64,000 nucleotides of DNA from Candidatus Poribacteria bacterium (lineage in GTDB: Bacteria > Poribacteria > WGA-4E > WGA-3G), in NCBI GenBank assembly GCA_963665235.2, contig CAXXLX010000001.1, positions 4,256,001 through 4,320,000 on the forward strand, written 5' to 3'. Shown one piece after another: positions 19,332 to 31,588 of the stretch. Positions within the stretch are counted from its first letter, which is position 1, and every line of letters starts with the position of its first letter. The notes beneath the pieces are model-generated. The model searched no databases. It worked only from the letters and a program-made list of their open reading frames with translations, and had not been told where the DNA came from. The translations under genes and the position numbers were made by a program.

Positions 19332-22300
19332 ATGTCCATCCCCAAACTATCTGTAAACAACACCGTTTTAGCGAACATGTTGATGCTGATAATCATCGTT
19401 TTTGGGGTGTACGCCTATATAAACCTACCCCGGGAGCTCAATCCAGAAGTCACAGTACCGGTTGCCCTCGTAACAACATTGTATCCCGGAGCCTCGCCGG
19501 AAGAGGTTGAAAAACTTGTCACCGTCCCTATTGAAGACGCAATTGAGGAGAACGTCAACAAAATCGACCTACTGAATTCTACCTCGTCAGAGGCACTCTC
19601 TATTGTTGCCGTCCAGTTTGATGAAATGAGTGACCGCGACTTCAGTAAAGAACTCGATAACCTTCGGATTGCCATAGAGCAGGTGAATGAATTACCAGAA
19701 GAGATTTTAGATGACCCTAAGGTCGAAGAATTCGAGCTTTCGTCCGGCTTTCCGGTGCTGACGATTGCTGTCAGCGGAAACATTTCGGAAGCACAGAGGC
19801 AGGATATTGCCGAGAATCTTAGAGACGACATATTAGACATCAAAAACATTGCATCTGTCCAAATTGCAGGACTCCGTGAACGGGAAATATGGATTGAAGT
19901 CCATCCCGACCGGTTGAAGGCATATCAGCTCCCTATCTCGGCAGTTACCACGGCACTCGGTACCAGCAACTTGAACCTCCCAGCTGGCACAATGGAACTT
20001 GGAAACACCGAATTCATGGTCCGAACCATGGGTGAATTCACAACGCCAGACGCGATTGGGGAAACCATCATCGCCGTTCAACCGACAGGGACACCGCTTC
20101 GCCTAAACGATGTCGCAACCGTTTCCGACACTTACGAGGAAACGAGAACCCTCTCTCGGATTGATGGGAAACCTTCTATCAGTTTAAGCCCGCAAAAAAA
20201 GACTGATGGGAACATAATAGCACTCGCTGCTAAACTCCGGGAATTGGTTGAAAGATGGAGAACCGAGCTCCCTGAAGGTGCCGAATTGACAGTCATTAAC
20301 GACTCTTCGGTTGGGCTCAAAGAGAGATTGGGTATTCTCGAAACGAATCTGTTTTTCGGTTTGGTGCTGGTTGTCCTAATGCTTCTCCTCTTTATCGGAT
20401 GGCGAAACGCGTTGTTCGCAGCACTCGGTATACCGGTGGCGTTCATGGCAACATTTTGGGTTATGTCCATTGCAGGTTGGACGCTAAATGGCGTGGCACT
20501 GTTTGGGCTTATTTTAGTTGTTGGCATCGTTGTTGATGACGCTATTGTTGTTGTAGAAAACATTTATCAACACATCGAAGCAGGTGAATCACCAAAAGTT
20601 GCCGCCATTCGCGGAGCAGAAGAGGTTAGCTGGCCAGTCATCGCCGCAAGTTTGACGACAATCTGTGGATTTGGTCCGCTGATCTTTATGTCCGGTGTTT
20701 CAGGACAGTTTATGCGAATCGTGCCAATAATGGTAATTCTCGTCCTGTTGGCCTCTCTCTTTGAGGTCTTTGTAATTTTACCCGCACACGTCGCTGAATG
20801 GGGAAAAGCGGAAAACCGAAAAGCACACACCAACAGATGGTTTGAACGCATCCGAAACCGATACGTGAGAACCCTCAAAGGAACAATCCGATGGCGATAT
20901 GCGTTTGTCGGAGGCACTCTCTTTATTGGCTCGATTGCATGTGTGAGTGCCTTCTTAACTCTCGACAGGGAACTTTTCGTAGGAGAAGAGCTCCCGCAAT
21001 TTTATCTCAAAGCAGAGATGCCAACCTCCTACAGTATCAAACAAACAGCAGAAATAACCGCCCAACTTGAACAGGTTGTCAAAGAACTTCCACCAAGCGA
21101 AGTTGCCGCGCTCGTCACCAACATCGGTTTACATACATTTGCTTCAGGGGTAGTTAGAAGTGTTAGCTTCGGCTCAAATTTGGGTGAGGTACTTGTTGAA
21201 CTTACACCCAAACAGGAACGGACACGAGGGGTGGAGGAAATCATCGCAGCCTTGCGGGCGAAAACAGCGACAATTACCGGTATTAAGCACCTGAGCTTTG
21301 TCAAACAGGAAGATGGACCCCCACAAGGTGCTGACGTGGCAGTCAAGGTAAAAGGACCGAGATTTGAAAAACTGACTGAACTCGCTGGCATGCTTAAGAC
21401 AACACTCACTCAGATGGACGGTGTTTACGACATTCGTGATAATTTTCGAACCGGCAAATCCGAACTCCGCATCTACTTAAAGCCAGAGAAAGCACATCAA
21501 CATGGATTAACGACGTTTCAGATCGCACAAACACTTCGAACGGCTATTGAAGGCACTAAAGCGACCACCTATCGAGAAGCTGATGAAGCAATTGATGTCA
21601 TCGTCAAATATAAGGAGGATACCCTTAAGAATCTCGCGGAACTTGAGAACCTCTTGATTGCGACACCCACCGGCACCACTGTTCCTCTTAAGGATGTCGC
21701 AGATATAAGAGAAGAAAAGGGCTACGCAGATATTCACCACTCCGATGGGAAACGGGCACTCTCAGTTTATGCATCCGTAGATAGGCAAAAAGCGAAACCT
21801 GTTGAAGTCAACCAAATGCTCATGAGGACATTCGCCGATATTGAATCCTTGTATCCGGGGTATCAACTCGACTTTCAGGGTGCTTTCGATGATGTTGCTG
21901 AATCTTTTTCGGAGTTATGGAAATTGTTTACCGTCGGCCTGCTGCTGATCTATATGATATTAGGCGCGCAATTCAAATCGTTTATACAACCTATTATCAT
22001 TATGTTTGCGGTCCCATTCGGGATGATAGGTGCGATGGTCGGCTTGCTTCTTTTGAATGCAACGCTCAGCACAGGCACGATGTTAGGCATCGGCGCGCTC
22101 TCAGGGATTGTGGTGAACGATTCCATTGTCCTTATTGATTTCATCAACAAGTACCGAGATAAGGGTATAACAAATGGTATGCAATTCTGAAAGGCAGTAG
22201 CCTCCGATTGCGTCCAATTGTGCTCACCACGCTGACGACAATCATCGGTTTCATTCCGATGGCACTCGGACTTGGCGGTAAATCGCCAATGTGGATGCCG

Positions 22301-22480
22301 ATAGCGTACACAATTATTTTCGGACTCGCGCTCGCAACCACGTTGACACTGTTCATAATGCCGGCACTTTACGCCATCGTAGCGGACCTGCGCGGTTTCC
22401 TCCTGAAAGATGCCGAGGCACGATTCCGACTCGTTTCAGATGAACAATTGCTGGGCGAAGCAGCCCCAGCTGATGATTAA
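19332..22480 (+). pseudogene. Second RND transporter paralog with a frameshift near 22165
   Basis: Collinear paralog of the upstream gene. GGGTATAACAAATGG here versus CGCGGTTATAACAAATGG upstream. The tail continues in ORF 22208-22480. Confidence 0.85.
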
Positions 22481-22545
22481 CGAATCGCGAGCACAGCTCG
22501 CTCCTACAGAAGAGTGGACTGCAAAACTTGATTGAGGCTTTTAAA

Positions 22546-23829
22546 ATGGCTATATTAGAAGGTTTCAGGATAAGAAATTTCGGTGTGCTCAAGGATATCA
22601 CATTGGGCCGCCTGTGGTACCAATGGGATAGAACGGAAGCGGAGGCACTCACGCCAATTACGGCCGTAATTGGCAAAAATGGCGTAGGAAAGAGTGCTTT
22701 ATTTGACAGTTTCGGTTTCCTATCAGATGCCCTAAAATCCGATGTTGAGACTGCCTGCGATGCACGCGGACGCGGCGGCTTTGACAAAATTCGATCGCAA
22801 GGCGTTACAGCACCCATGGCATTTGATGTGTACTACAGAGAACACGGAAATGCCAGACCTATTACATACCAACTTGTCATTGATAAAGATGAATTTGGAC
22901 GACCCTATGTCCTCCATGAACGTTTCCGCCAAAGACGAAAAGGACAGAAACGGGGACAACCATTCTCCTTTCTGATACTCCGTAACGGGAAGGGTATAGC
23001 TTGGAAAGGGGAACAAGCAGGACATCAGTTCGATGAAGAGCCCGAAGACTCACATACGTTCATAGAAATTATAAAAGCAATGGAATCTCCGGAAACAGAG
23101 AATGTTGAATTGGATGACCCCCGAAAACTCGGCATTGCCACACTCGGTGCCTTGAAGCAGCATCCCAGGATTTCCGCCTTCCGCAGGTTCATTGAGGGAT
23201 GGTATCTCAGCTACTTCACCCCAGACGCAGCACGCAGTCTGCCGCTTGCCGGGCCCCAGGAACATCTCAATATTCATGCGGATAACCTCGGCAACGTCGT
23301 GCAATTCATGGAACGTGAACACCCCCGCCGTTTCCAAACAATTCTCGCGAAGATTGCTGATAAAATTCCGGGAATAGACCGAATCGATACCGAGAAAACC
23401 AGTGACGGTAGACTGCTAATCAGATTTAACGACAAAGCTTTTCAAGACCCCTTTTACGCCCAGCAGATGTCCGATGGAACGCTCAAACTGTTTGCTTACC
23501 TACTGCTGCTCGAAGATCCGGCTCCCCCCCCGTTCCTCTGTATTGAAGAACCGGAAAATGGGCTGTATCATAAACTTTTGGAGACCCTTGCCACCGAATT
23601 TCGTGCCCATGCCACAGGACGTAAGGGAGGGACACAAGTTTTCATTACAACACACCAACCCTACTTTGTCAACGCGCTAGGACCGAAAGAGGTCTGGCTT
23701 CTGGAAAAGGGCGAAGACGGTTTCTCCAAAATCCGCCGGGCGAGCGACGACTCACTCGTCAATAACCTTGTTGAAGAGGGACTGCCCCTGGGCGGACTCT
23801 GGTACAGCGACTATCTTGATCTGAGGTGA
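22546..23829 (+). CDS. ABC-type AAA_21 ATPase
   Basis: GKNGVGKS, MSDGT, IEEPENGL and TTHQP motifs. No partner gene downstream. Confidence 0.88.
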   Translation: MAILEGFRIRNFGVLKDITLGRLWYQWDRTEAEALTPITAVIGKNGVGKSALFDSFGFLSDALKSDVETACDARGRGGFDKIRSQGVTAPMAFDVYYREHGNARPITYQLVIDKDEFGRPYVLHERFRQRRKGQKRGQPFSFLILRNGKGIAWKGEQAGHQFDEEPEDSHTFIEIIKAMESPETENVELDDPRKLGIATLGALKQHPRISAFRRFIEGWYLSYFTPDAARSLPLAGPQEHLNIHADNLGNVVQFMEREHPRRFQTILAKIADKIPGIDRIDTEKTSDGRLLIRFNDKAFQDPFYAQQMSDGTLKLFAYLLLLEDPAPPPFLCIEEPENGLYHKLLETLATEFRAHATGRKGGTQVFITTHQPYFVNALGPKEVWLLEKGEDGFSKIRRASDDSLVNNLVEEGLPLGGLWYSDYLDLR

Positions 23830-23943
23830 ACATAAATAACGTGAGCTTGAAAAAAAGTTTTGATCTCCTAGCCCCGTAGGGGCGATATGTTTATAGAAGC
23901 ACACAACCCCATAACTCTTAGCACTGAAAGGAGAAAAAATAGA

Positions 23944-24918
23944 ATGAATCAACAGAATTTGAAAATCGCCTTTATCGGTGTTGGCGGAATTGCAGGAAAT
24001 TACCGCCGAAGCCTAAAACAGCTACAACACCCCATCGCAGCGGTATGTGATATAAACGCAGACCGCGCAGCATCCATCGCCGCCGACGAAAATGCTACTG
24101 CATACACAGACCATCAGGAAATGCTGCACACAGAAAATCCCGATGTCGTCTTTACCTGCATTCCACCGGGAGCACACACAACACAGGTTGCTGACGCTGC
24201 AAAGTCCGGTGCTGCAGTTTTCGTCGCCAAACCTGTCGCACAAGATTTGGAGACCGCCATAAATGCGCGCGACGCAATTACGCAAGCAGGGGTCATCAAT
24301 CAGGTCGGTTATATGGCACGGTATAGCGACATCACAGACAGAGCGAAGGAATTGGTCGGCACTCGGCAGCTTGCCATGGGGTTCGGACGATTTCTCGCCC
24401 GGATGGGAGCAAACCACCCGTGGTGGGGAAAATACGACATATCGCGCGGACAAATGGTAGAACAAACCACCCACGTCTTTGACCTTATCCGCTACTTCCT
24501 TGGAGATGTTGAAAGTGTTCACGCCTACGGTATCAAGGGAGTCTCCAAAGACATCGCCGATTTTGAGGAGTGTACCGTCTGCAACCTAAAGTTCGAGAAC
24601 GGCGCAGTCGGCAACATTACAAGCACTTGTGTGGCTCGCGCACACGAACATTTCGCCACCGAATTGGTAGGCGATGACATCTATCTCAAACTTACGCACG
24701 ACAATGGGTTGCGCGGGCAGGTCGGTGGTGAGGCTATCGACTATACCGGTGCCGAAGCAGGTTATTTTCGACAGGTAGAGCAGTTCATCAAAGCGGTTGA
24801 GGCAAACGACCAGGGGATAGTGCGTTCCGCTTACGCGGATGCTGTCAAAACGCTTGCTGTCACCCTCGCTGCGAATCGTTCTTTGGAAACAGGACAAGTT
24901 GAACCGGTTGAAGGATAA
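23944..24918 (+). CDS. Gfo/Idh/MocA oxidoreductase
   Basis: IAFIGVGGIA, CDIN, VFVAKP and EQTTHVFD motifs. AAGGAG RBS. Confidence 0.88.
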   Translation: MNQQNLKIAFIGVGGIAGNYRRSLKQLQHPIAAVCDINADRAASIAADENATAYTDHQEMLHTENPDVVFTCIPPGAHTTQVADAAKSGAAVFVAKPVAQDLETAINARDAITQAGVINQVGYMARYSDITDRAKELVGTRQLAMGFGRFLARMGANHPWWGKYDISRGQMVEQTTHVFDLIRYFLGDVESVHAYGIKGVSKDIADFEECTVCNLKFENGAVGNITSTCVARAHEHFATELVGDDIYLKLTHDNGLRGQVGGEAIDYTGAEAGYFRQVEQFIKAVEANDQGIVRSAYADAVKTLAVTLAANRSLETGQVEPVEG

Positions 24919-25027
24919 ACATAACGCCCCTACGGGGCTAAGAGCGGGGTGTTGTGTGTTTCTATAAACATAACGCCCCTACGGGGCTAAGAGATTGAAC
25001 TTTTTTCAAACTCACGTTACAATACGG

Positions 25028-26417
25028 TTAGAAAAACGTCAAATACGGTTTTCCGACAATCTCTCGCCACAACAACACAGCCAACTCGCGGGCATGATAA
25101 TCACCCCACATAGATGCCTCGCCGCACGGAATTTTTCTGTCCGGGGGCACATAATCCCACCCATTCGGGCGGTGATATACTGAATGTAACAGCAACCCCT
25201 GATGTCCATCGGAGTCGGATGATAGATACGGTTCAGCGAAGAGCGTCCTCGCGACTGTCAATCCCGCTTGATATTTCCTGCCGCCGTTTCGCCATGCTGA
25301 AAATAGGTATTTCCTGCCGCCGTTTGAGATAGTTGCCGAGCCGGATTAACCCTTGTGCTGCAATCGCTGCAGCGGAACTATCCACCGGTTCAAAGTCGTT
25401 GAACGGCGCGGCGGGCACTGCCAGATAATCGCCTAATTCTGTCAAGCCGGGGGCACCCGTATCCCAATACGGAATTCCATCCTGTGCACTGTTTTCAATA
25501 TAGAAATCGGCAGTTGCCTCCGCTGCTTTGCGCATGTGTGCCGTCACTGCGGCATGTCCACCGTAGGGTTCAAGTTCATCCTCCGTTAGACTGTCAAAAA
25601 ACTCAAGTTGTTCAGCATACCCCGTTATAACCCATGCCAGTCCACGCGTCCACGTTGTAAACGGTGAATATCCCTGCTGTGTGCTAGGACATCGGTAGTT
25701 CCCATCATTTGTATTGAAAATGGACTCATGCACAACCCGCCCACGGACATCGAAAGCGTCACGTCCTTCGCCATAGTAGACGTTATACGTGGCTGTAGTC
25801 TCAGAATGTTGAAGCAGCCGCTCCAATAGATTCGTAGCAACATCCCCCTCCCCCATCAGCACTGCGCCGAGCGTATGTCCGAGTGCAAGCACACGCAATG
25901 AACGGATAGTGTCAGAAAAGAGCGAATGGGGGCCGTTAAACGAGGCGATATATCCTGTGCCATCCTTAATCGTTGTCCAGCGGCTCGCTTGCACAGCGGC
26001 GGAGGCTTTCAGCGCAAGCTCATAGAAGTGCATTTCGCTATCGTTCCACGGAATCACCCCCTCCCGCATCAGCCGACGCAGGTTACCGTAAGTGGAAACG
26101 TTGTTGAATCCATGGTCATGCACACCGATGTGTGTAACATGCGGTGCCATCTTTTCAATCGTATTCTTTCTGCCGATGTCAAGGAATTGTTCATCACCGG
26201 TAGCATCAAATTGAAGGATAGCAGAACCGAATTGAAACCCTTGTGTCCATTCTGTCCAGCCGCGGGTCGTATAGGTCCCAGCGACGGTGAAGACAGGGGT
26301 ACCCTTTTCAGGGGGCCACGTATCCTCAATCGCCAAAATCTTCTGACCTGAGTATTCAAAAAGTTTTTCGAGCTGCGGTTTCAGGTCAGCGGTACGCAAT
26401 GAATTGTTTATCTGCAT
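25028..26417 (-). pseudogene. GH88-like unsaturated glucuronyl hydrolase, frameshifted near 25270-25325
   Basis: WTEWTQGF, HDHGF, WTRGLAW, DSSAAAIAA and WGDY motifs. Split over two ORFs at a local duplication. Confidence 0.8.
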
Positions 26418-26461
26418 TTGACTGTGTTGCCTTTTAGGTTACGGCATACCGAGAATGCCTA

Positions 26462-27010
26462 CTACTTTGCAAGAGAGGGAGCATCTTTATACCTTTCACA
26501 TATTACTTGGATGAGGTTGGTTGTGGACTTGCCGGGGATGTTTAAACCTACGATAACCTTGCCGCCGTGTGCCTCAACCACCTCCCGCTCGACCAGTTGT
26601 GCTAATTTATAATCGCCGCCTTTAACGTGAATATTCGGCTTCAGTTCAGAGAGCAATTCAACAGGCGTTAATTCGGGAAAAATCACGACATAATCAACAC
26701 ATTCCAATCCAGCGAGCATCTCTGCCCGTTCCGCTTCAGGAACAAGCGGACGATTTTCACCTTTGAGCTGCCGTACTGAACTATCACTGTTGACCCCCAC
26801 CACAAGTAGCGTGCCAAGTTGCCGCGCCGCCTGTAGATATCGGAGATGTCCCAAGTGCAACACATCGAAACAACCGTTCGTCGTCACAACAACAGCCCCA
26901 TCTGCTTTCGCTTGCTGAAGGACAGATGCAAGTTCCTCGCGATGATAGATTTTTGAGTTTAACATTTTTCTATTCCAAAAGCCGAAGTGCTTCTCAGCGT
27001 CAGTTTTCAC
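26462..27010 (-). CDS. rfaE2: D-glycero-beta-D-manno-heptose-1-phosphate adenylyltransferase (RfaE domain II)
   Basis: TNGCFDVLHLGH, VGVNSDSSV, RP and VKGGDY motifs. Start may lie downstream. Confidence 0.88.
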   Translation of the reverse strand: MKTDAEKHFGFWNRKMLNSKIYHREELASVLQQAKADGAVVVTTNGCFDVLHLGHLRYLQAARQLGTLLVVGVNSDSSVRQLKGENRPLVPEAERAEMLAGLECVDYVVIFPELTPVELLSELKPNIHVKGGDYKLAQLVEREVVEAHGGKVIVGLNIPGKSTTNLIQVICERYKDAPSLAK

Positions 27011-27208
27011 TTCCTTAGGATAGGATATAGCGCGTGCCTCCTGCCATCATATTAGCTTCGTAGGGGCGGGGTCCCCCCGCCCGCTAGGTTTCCTTAGAGG
27101 GCCCATTATCATAAGACTTATCAACGCGCTGCGTAAGTCCTACAATTTTGAGGTGCGTAAGTTCTAAGCGTTAATAGTTTAGCAGGTTTCAGACAGTTTG
27201 GCAATGAA

Positions 27209-27422
27209 GACCAGGGTCATAATAAAAAAAAAATCGTAAAAAAACTTGGTATTTGTGCAAATCTATGATATACTTAATAACAGTATTTGGGAAACCTAAC
27301 AGTCTATTCCTTTACTTGAATCGAAAAACGGCATGGTATATACTAACGCGTATTAGAGCAGAAACGTCTAAGAAAGGGGGAGTGTTGCTAATAGGTATCA
27401 TAGAAGCGGACGAAACCTATAT
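27209..27422 (+). mobile_element. IS1595-family remnant (left end plus transposase fragment)
   Basis: KTAWYILTRIR...GIIEADETY matches IS1595 DDE transposases. The first ~90 bp recur at 31294-31377. Confidence 0.65.
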
Positions 27423-27467
27423 CATTATTCTGTTCCTCTTTAGATACTTAAAAACCGCACTTCGTGT

Positions 27468-28306
27468 ATGATTGTAAATGTTATACGGAACGAAAATTGC
27501 ATCGATACAGTGGGCAAATGAGTGACGAATTTGTTACCCTTGTTGTGACCTCACCCCCCTATGATGAAATGCGAGAATATGAAGGCTATATGCTTCACGA
27601 TTTTGAATCAATCGCAGCTCAATTATTCCGCGTTATAAAGTCCGGAGGAGTGGTCGTTTGGATTGTCGGCGATCAAACAAAAAATGGGAACGAGTCAGGA
27701 ACGTCATTCCGACAAGCACTACATTTCAAAGAAATTGGTTTCAACCTATTTGATACCATGATCTACCTGAAACCCCCCAGAGGTGCTGTTGGCAATAACA
27801 AAACTTATTGGCAATCGTTTGAGTATATGTTCGTTCTCAGTAAAGACAAACCGAAAACGATTAATCTTATTAAGGATAGGAAGAATAAGCAAGCGCGAGA
27901 AGGAGACAGCGGAACAAAACGACTCCCTAATGGCAGTTTACTAAAGATGAAACGTAGCGGTTATGAGGAATACGGCAGAAGAACAAATGTTTGGGAGTAT
28001 ATGATTGGGAGTGGACATTCTGCAAGTGATAAGATAGCATACCAGCATCCTGCTATCTTTCCTGAAAAATTAGCACGTGACCATATCCTTTCATGGAGTA
28101 ATAAGGGGGATTTGGTATACGATCCATTTATGGGAAGCGGGACTGTTGCACTCATGGCAAAATTAAGCGACAGGGATTATATCGGTAGCGAAATAAATGA
28201 GAACTACTGTGAAATTGCTAAAGCCAGACTCAATAAATACAACTGTACTGCTATCGGAAATTCGGGCCACCCTCTAAACCAAGATTGTGATATAATAACA
28301 ATCTAA
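27468..28306 (+). pseudogene. Beta-class N4/N6 DNA methyltransferase, probable 5' frameshift, 3' end overlapped by IS3 remnant
   Basis: TSPPY, HPAIFP and DPFMGSGT motifs. The expected N-terminus MIVNVIRNENCIDT is in a different frame from ATG 27468. Confidence 0.7.
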
Positions 28307-28650
28307 GTGAAAGGAGTATCCAATGGCGAAACGAAAACCAAGAAACTTCACCCCCGAGTTTAAAGCGGAGGTCGTTCTTGAGGCACTCCGCGGTGAAAGT
28401 TCACAAGCCGAACTGTGTCAGCGACATAACCTCAGTGAAGAGCAGCTCTCAAAATGGAAACAGCAGCTCCTTGAAAATGCCGCTGCTGTGTTTGCCTCCC
28501 CGGATAAGCAATCCAGTGAGGCAGCGGAGCGTATCGCGCACCTCGAGGAGCGCGTTGAGCGGTTGACCGTGGCAGTAGACATCCACAAAAAAGCCTTGAC
28601 CTTGTTGAATTGACCCTATCTGAACAGTGCCAGATGGTTAAGGCGTTTGC
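28244..28650 (+). mobile_element. IS3-family remnant with orfA (28323-28613)
   Basis: TG-initial end and HTH_Tnp_1-like FTPEFKAEVV...KWKQQ. orfB is absent. The left end is repeated at 59265. Confidence 0.8.
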
Positions 28651-29808
28651 TTGGAATTTTTGATCTATCGAAACTTTTGATGTGCTCCCATGCTTTCCGG
28701 TTTGAATCGAAACGATAGCCGTCACCGTTCAGTTTTCAACGATTTACAAAACTTGTCTTAACTGTTGCTAAAATTTTTGCTCTCGTCTGAATAACCGTTA
28801 CTGCAGTACCGACAGCACATTTTGGAAAATGTAAAGATGAAAATGATATAGCAACTGTTTATCAAAATAGTTGACGGTATTATCAAATCAAAGCTACATG
28901 CCTTGTTGAATTGTCAAATATCGATAAATATGACATTGAGAGCAATGTGCCGTACTCACAGATAATTGATACGCCAGTTATGGATAGAGTTCGAAGCAGT
29001 GATAATGAAGATGCATTACAATAACCCACTTCTGTATACAAATAGACCTGATCGTCAGTTTCGTAAGCATTGTTAAATGGATTGACGCTGAAGTTCGTCC
29101 CACATCAAAAACTTTCAAATGTAAGTTTACGAGATGTTACAACCTAAAAAGCCATTAAATCTTTGAACTGATTGGCTGGCGACGTCGGACTACGAATGAA
29201 AGCGCAACCCCCGCGGAAAATCGAATCACCTTGAATCCGGGCATAACTGCGTTTCGGTAAAAATCGTACTGTTAATGGCCCCTTTACCGTTGGTGCGCTC
29301 ACCCTCACTGTCACGTGGGAGATGGTGGTGCTGCACAACGCTCACTTACTGTCAGCAGATGAAACTGAAAAGTTTTGCAGGGTAAAGGGATAAAGCTGTT
29401 CAATTAGGCTCGGAAGCCGAAACGGCGATGACCTGGGTTGGGAGGTTACTTACGACGGTACGAAGCTCTCAAAGTCAAGAGCTCAATGAAAAAACTTATA
29501 AACTTAGAGTACTGGCAACGAAGCCGACAGTGTCGTGTTTACTACGAAGGCCCTTCCTTAATCACAGATGATAAAGCCGGTAAATGTTACAACAACCCTT
29601 CTCGTGCTAATTGCCAACAACCAATCAATTTGATTGTTACACATCCCAAAATCCGCGATCCGCGATAATCCGCGATTCAGACAATCCCTGTGGTACACAC
29701 CCTTCGAGCTATTTCACTTGAATGAAAACATCTGTTTCGGACGCTATTTAGCGTTTATAACGCATTGACAAACCCAGCATATTAAGTACAGAACGTAGGA
29801 GGTGAGCT

Positions 29809-30985
29809 ATGTTTAAAGGAAAGGGAGTTCGTATCAAAAACTTTTTAAGTTTACGAGATGTTACGCTTCCATTAAAACCGTTGACGGGCTTGTGGGCGCG
29901 AATGCAAGTGGAAAACAAACATCTTATTGCGTTTTCTCAAAGGATGATGGTTGATGATTAGATGGTATTTGAAGCATTGAGCGAAGATTTCAGTTTTGCG
30001 GGTAAAGGACAAGAAATTACTTTCCAATTACAGACGAAAGTAGCAGAACACCAAACCTTATACAACTTAGTAGTAAAGAACCCCCTATTGGTCTCGCCTT
30101 GAAGAAAATTTATCGGTTAATAATGTAGACGTGATTTCAATCCGAGACGGAAAGGGAGTCGTTAGGGATGAAAACGGTGAGGGTAGAACACATATAACTC
30201 TAATGAACTTGCTTTGGGCTCGGCAGAAAATTACGAAAATAAACCGATTACACGCACTTAGCTGAGTTTATTAAGGAATGGGAACTTTATCGTTTTTCGA
30301 CTGACGTAATACGACTTATTCTTTCAGATTTCTCTCCCCCTGAAAAAGAGATGCAAGAGTCCCCAAGGCTTGAAAGGGATGGTGTGGAGGTACCAGAGGT
30401 CCTTTGGTACTGGCATAAATATTTTCCAGAGCGTTTCCGAAACGTCAGTGATTCGCTTGCATCAAGCACGAATATTGAAATAGACCTACGTCCGATTGAT
30501 GGACAAGAACAACTTTGTCTATGGAAGGGTACGAGAAACCTATTCAATTAAGGAGAGCATCTGATGGCACACTGCGGCTGATTGCATATTACATCCTGCT
30601 CAACATGCCCGAATTGCCGCCGCTCATTGCGATTGAAGAACCGGAGCGGAATTTACACCCTGGTGCCCTAACAGACATCGCAAATGTGCTTGAGCGAATC
30701 GCACAATATTCTCAGGTCATTATTACCACACACAGTTCAGAACTGCTTGGTGCCTTTAATCGTGAAAGTTTGGGAGATTCACTCGGGGTTTTACTCTTAA
30801 ACAACCGTCCCGGTTTCGGCACAGAGGTGCTCAACCTTGAGGATTACCGCGGTCAAAGGAAGGCACTTGATGGGTGGATTGCAGATTTCGGAATTGGTAG
30901 TGCTGTCTTTGATAGTGGACTGTTGCAAGATGTTCTGGAGGATAAATCCAGGAAAGATACTGTGAAACGTTATCTCCCGAAGTAG
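29809..30985 (+). pseudogene. Degraded AAA_21 ATPase
   Basis: IKNFLSLRDV, GANASGK, SDGT, IEEPERNLHP and TTHS fragments lie in different frames. GGAGG RBS. Confidence 0.8.
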
Positions 30986-31588
30986 CTGAACACATTGTCA
31001 TAAACAAAGAAGCATTGCGGCGCAATAATTCTCTCAAAAAGCTCTGTGATGTGATTGGGAGTTTGTAGTAGGCGATTCATCGCCCGTCGCAACGTGCTGA
31101 GTGTCCCCCCTTAACCTCCTTACAGTGTGAGGCGGCAATGTTTCGTAGCAACTGACACCTAATAACTGAAAACCCCTAATCACAAAACTTGGCGTGTTAC
31201 GCATCGTCCAATCCGCGTCCTCCGCGCCAATCCGCGATTCTCAGACAACCCTCTAACCAAAAACTTTACATCCCCGCGGATTTTCCGCGCGGAGACCAGG
31301 GGCATAATGAAAAAAACGTAAAAAATTTGACTTATGTGAAAATTTAGGGTATACTTAATAACAGTATTTGGGCAAACGGCCCATTCCCTTACAAACACGC
31401 TCTCGACCTTGCACTGAATCGTTCGTTGAAATAGTCAGTAAACCTAATGTCCTTGTGCTTTCCGGAACGATCTTTGTCGTCACCGTTCTTGAGTTTCACC
31501 TCGAGTTTGACGACCTTTTGATTTACACAAATCTCCGTTTTGGTGGGTGTTCCCTATGCTTTCCGGTTTGAAAGGAAGATAACAAATC

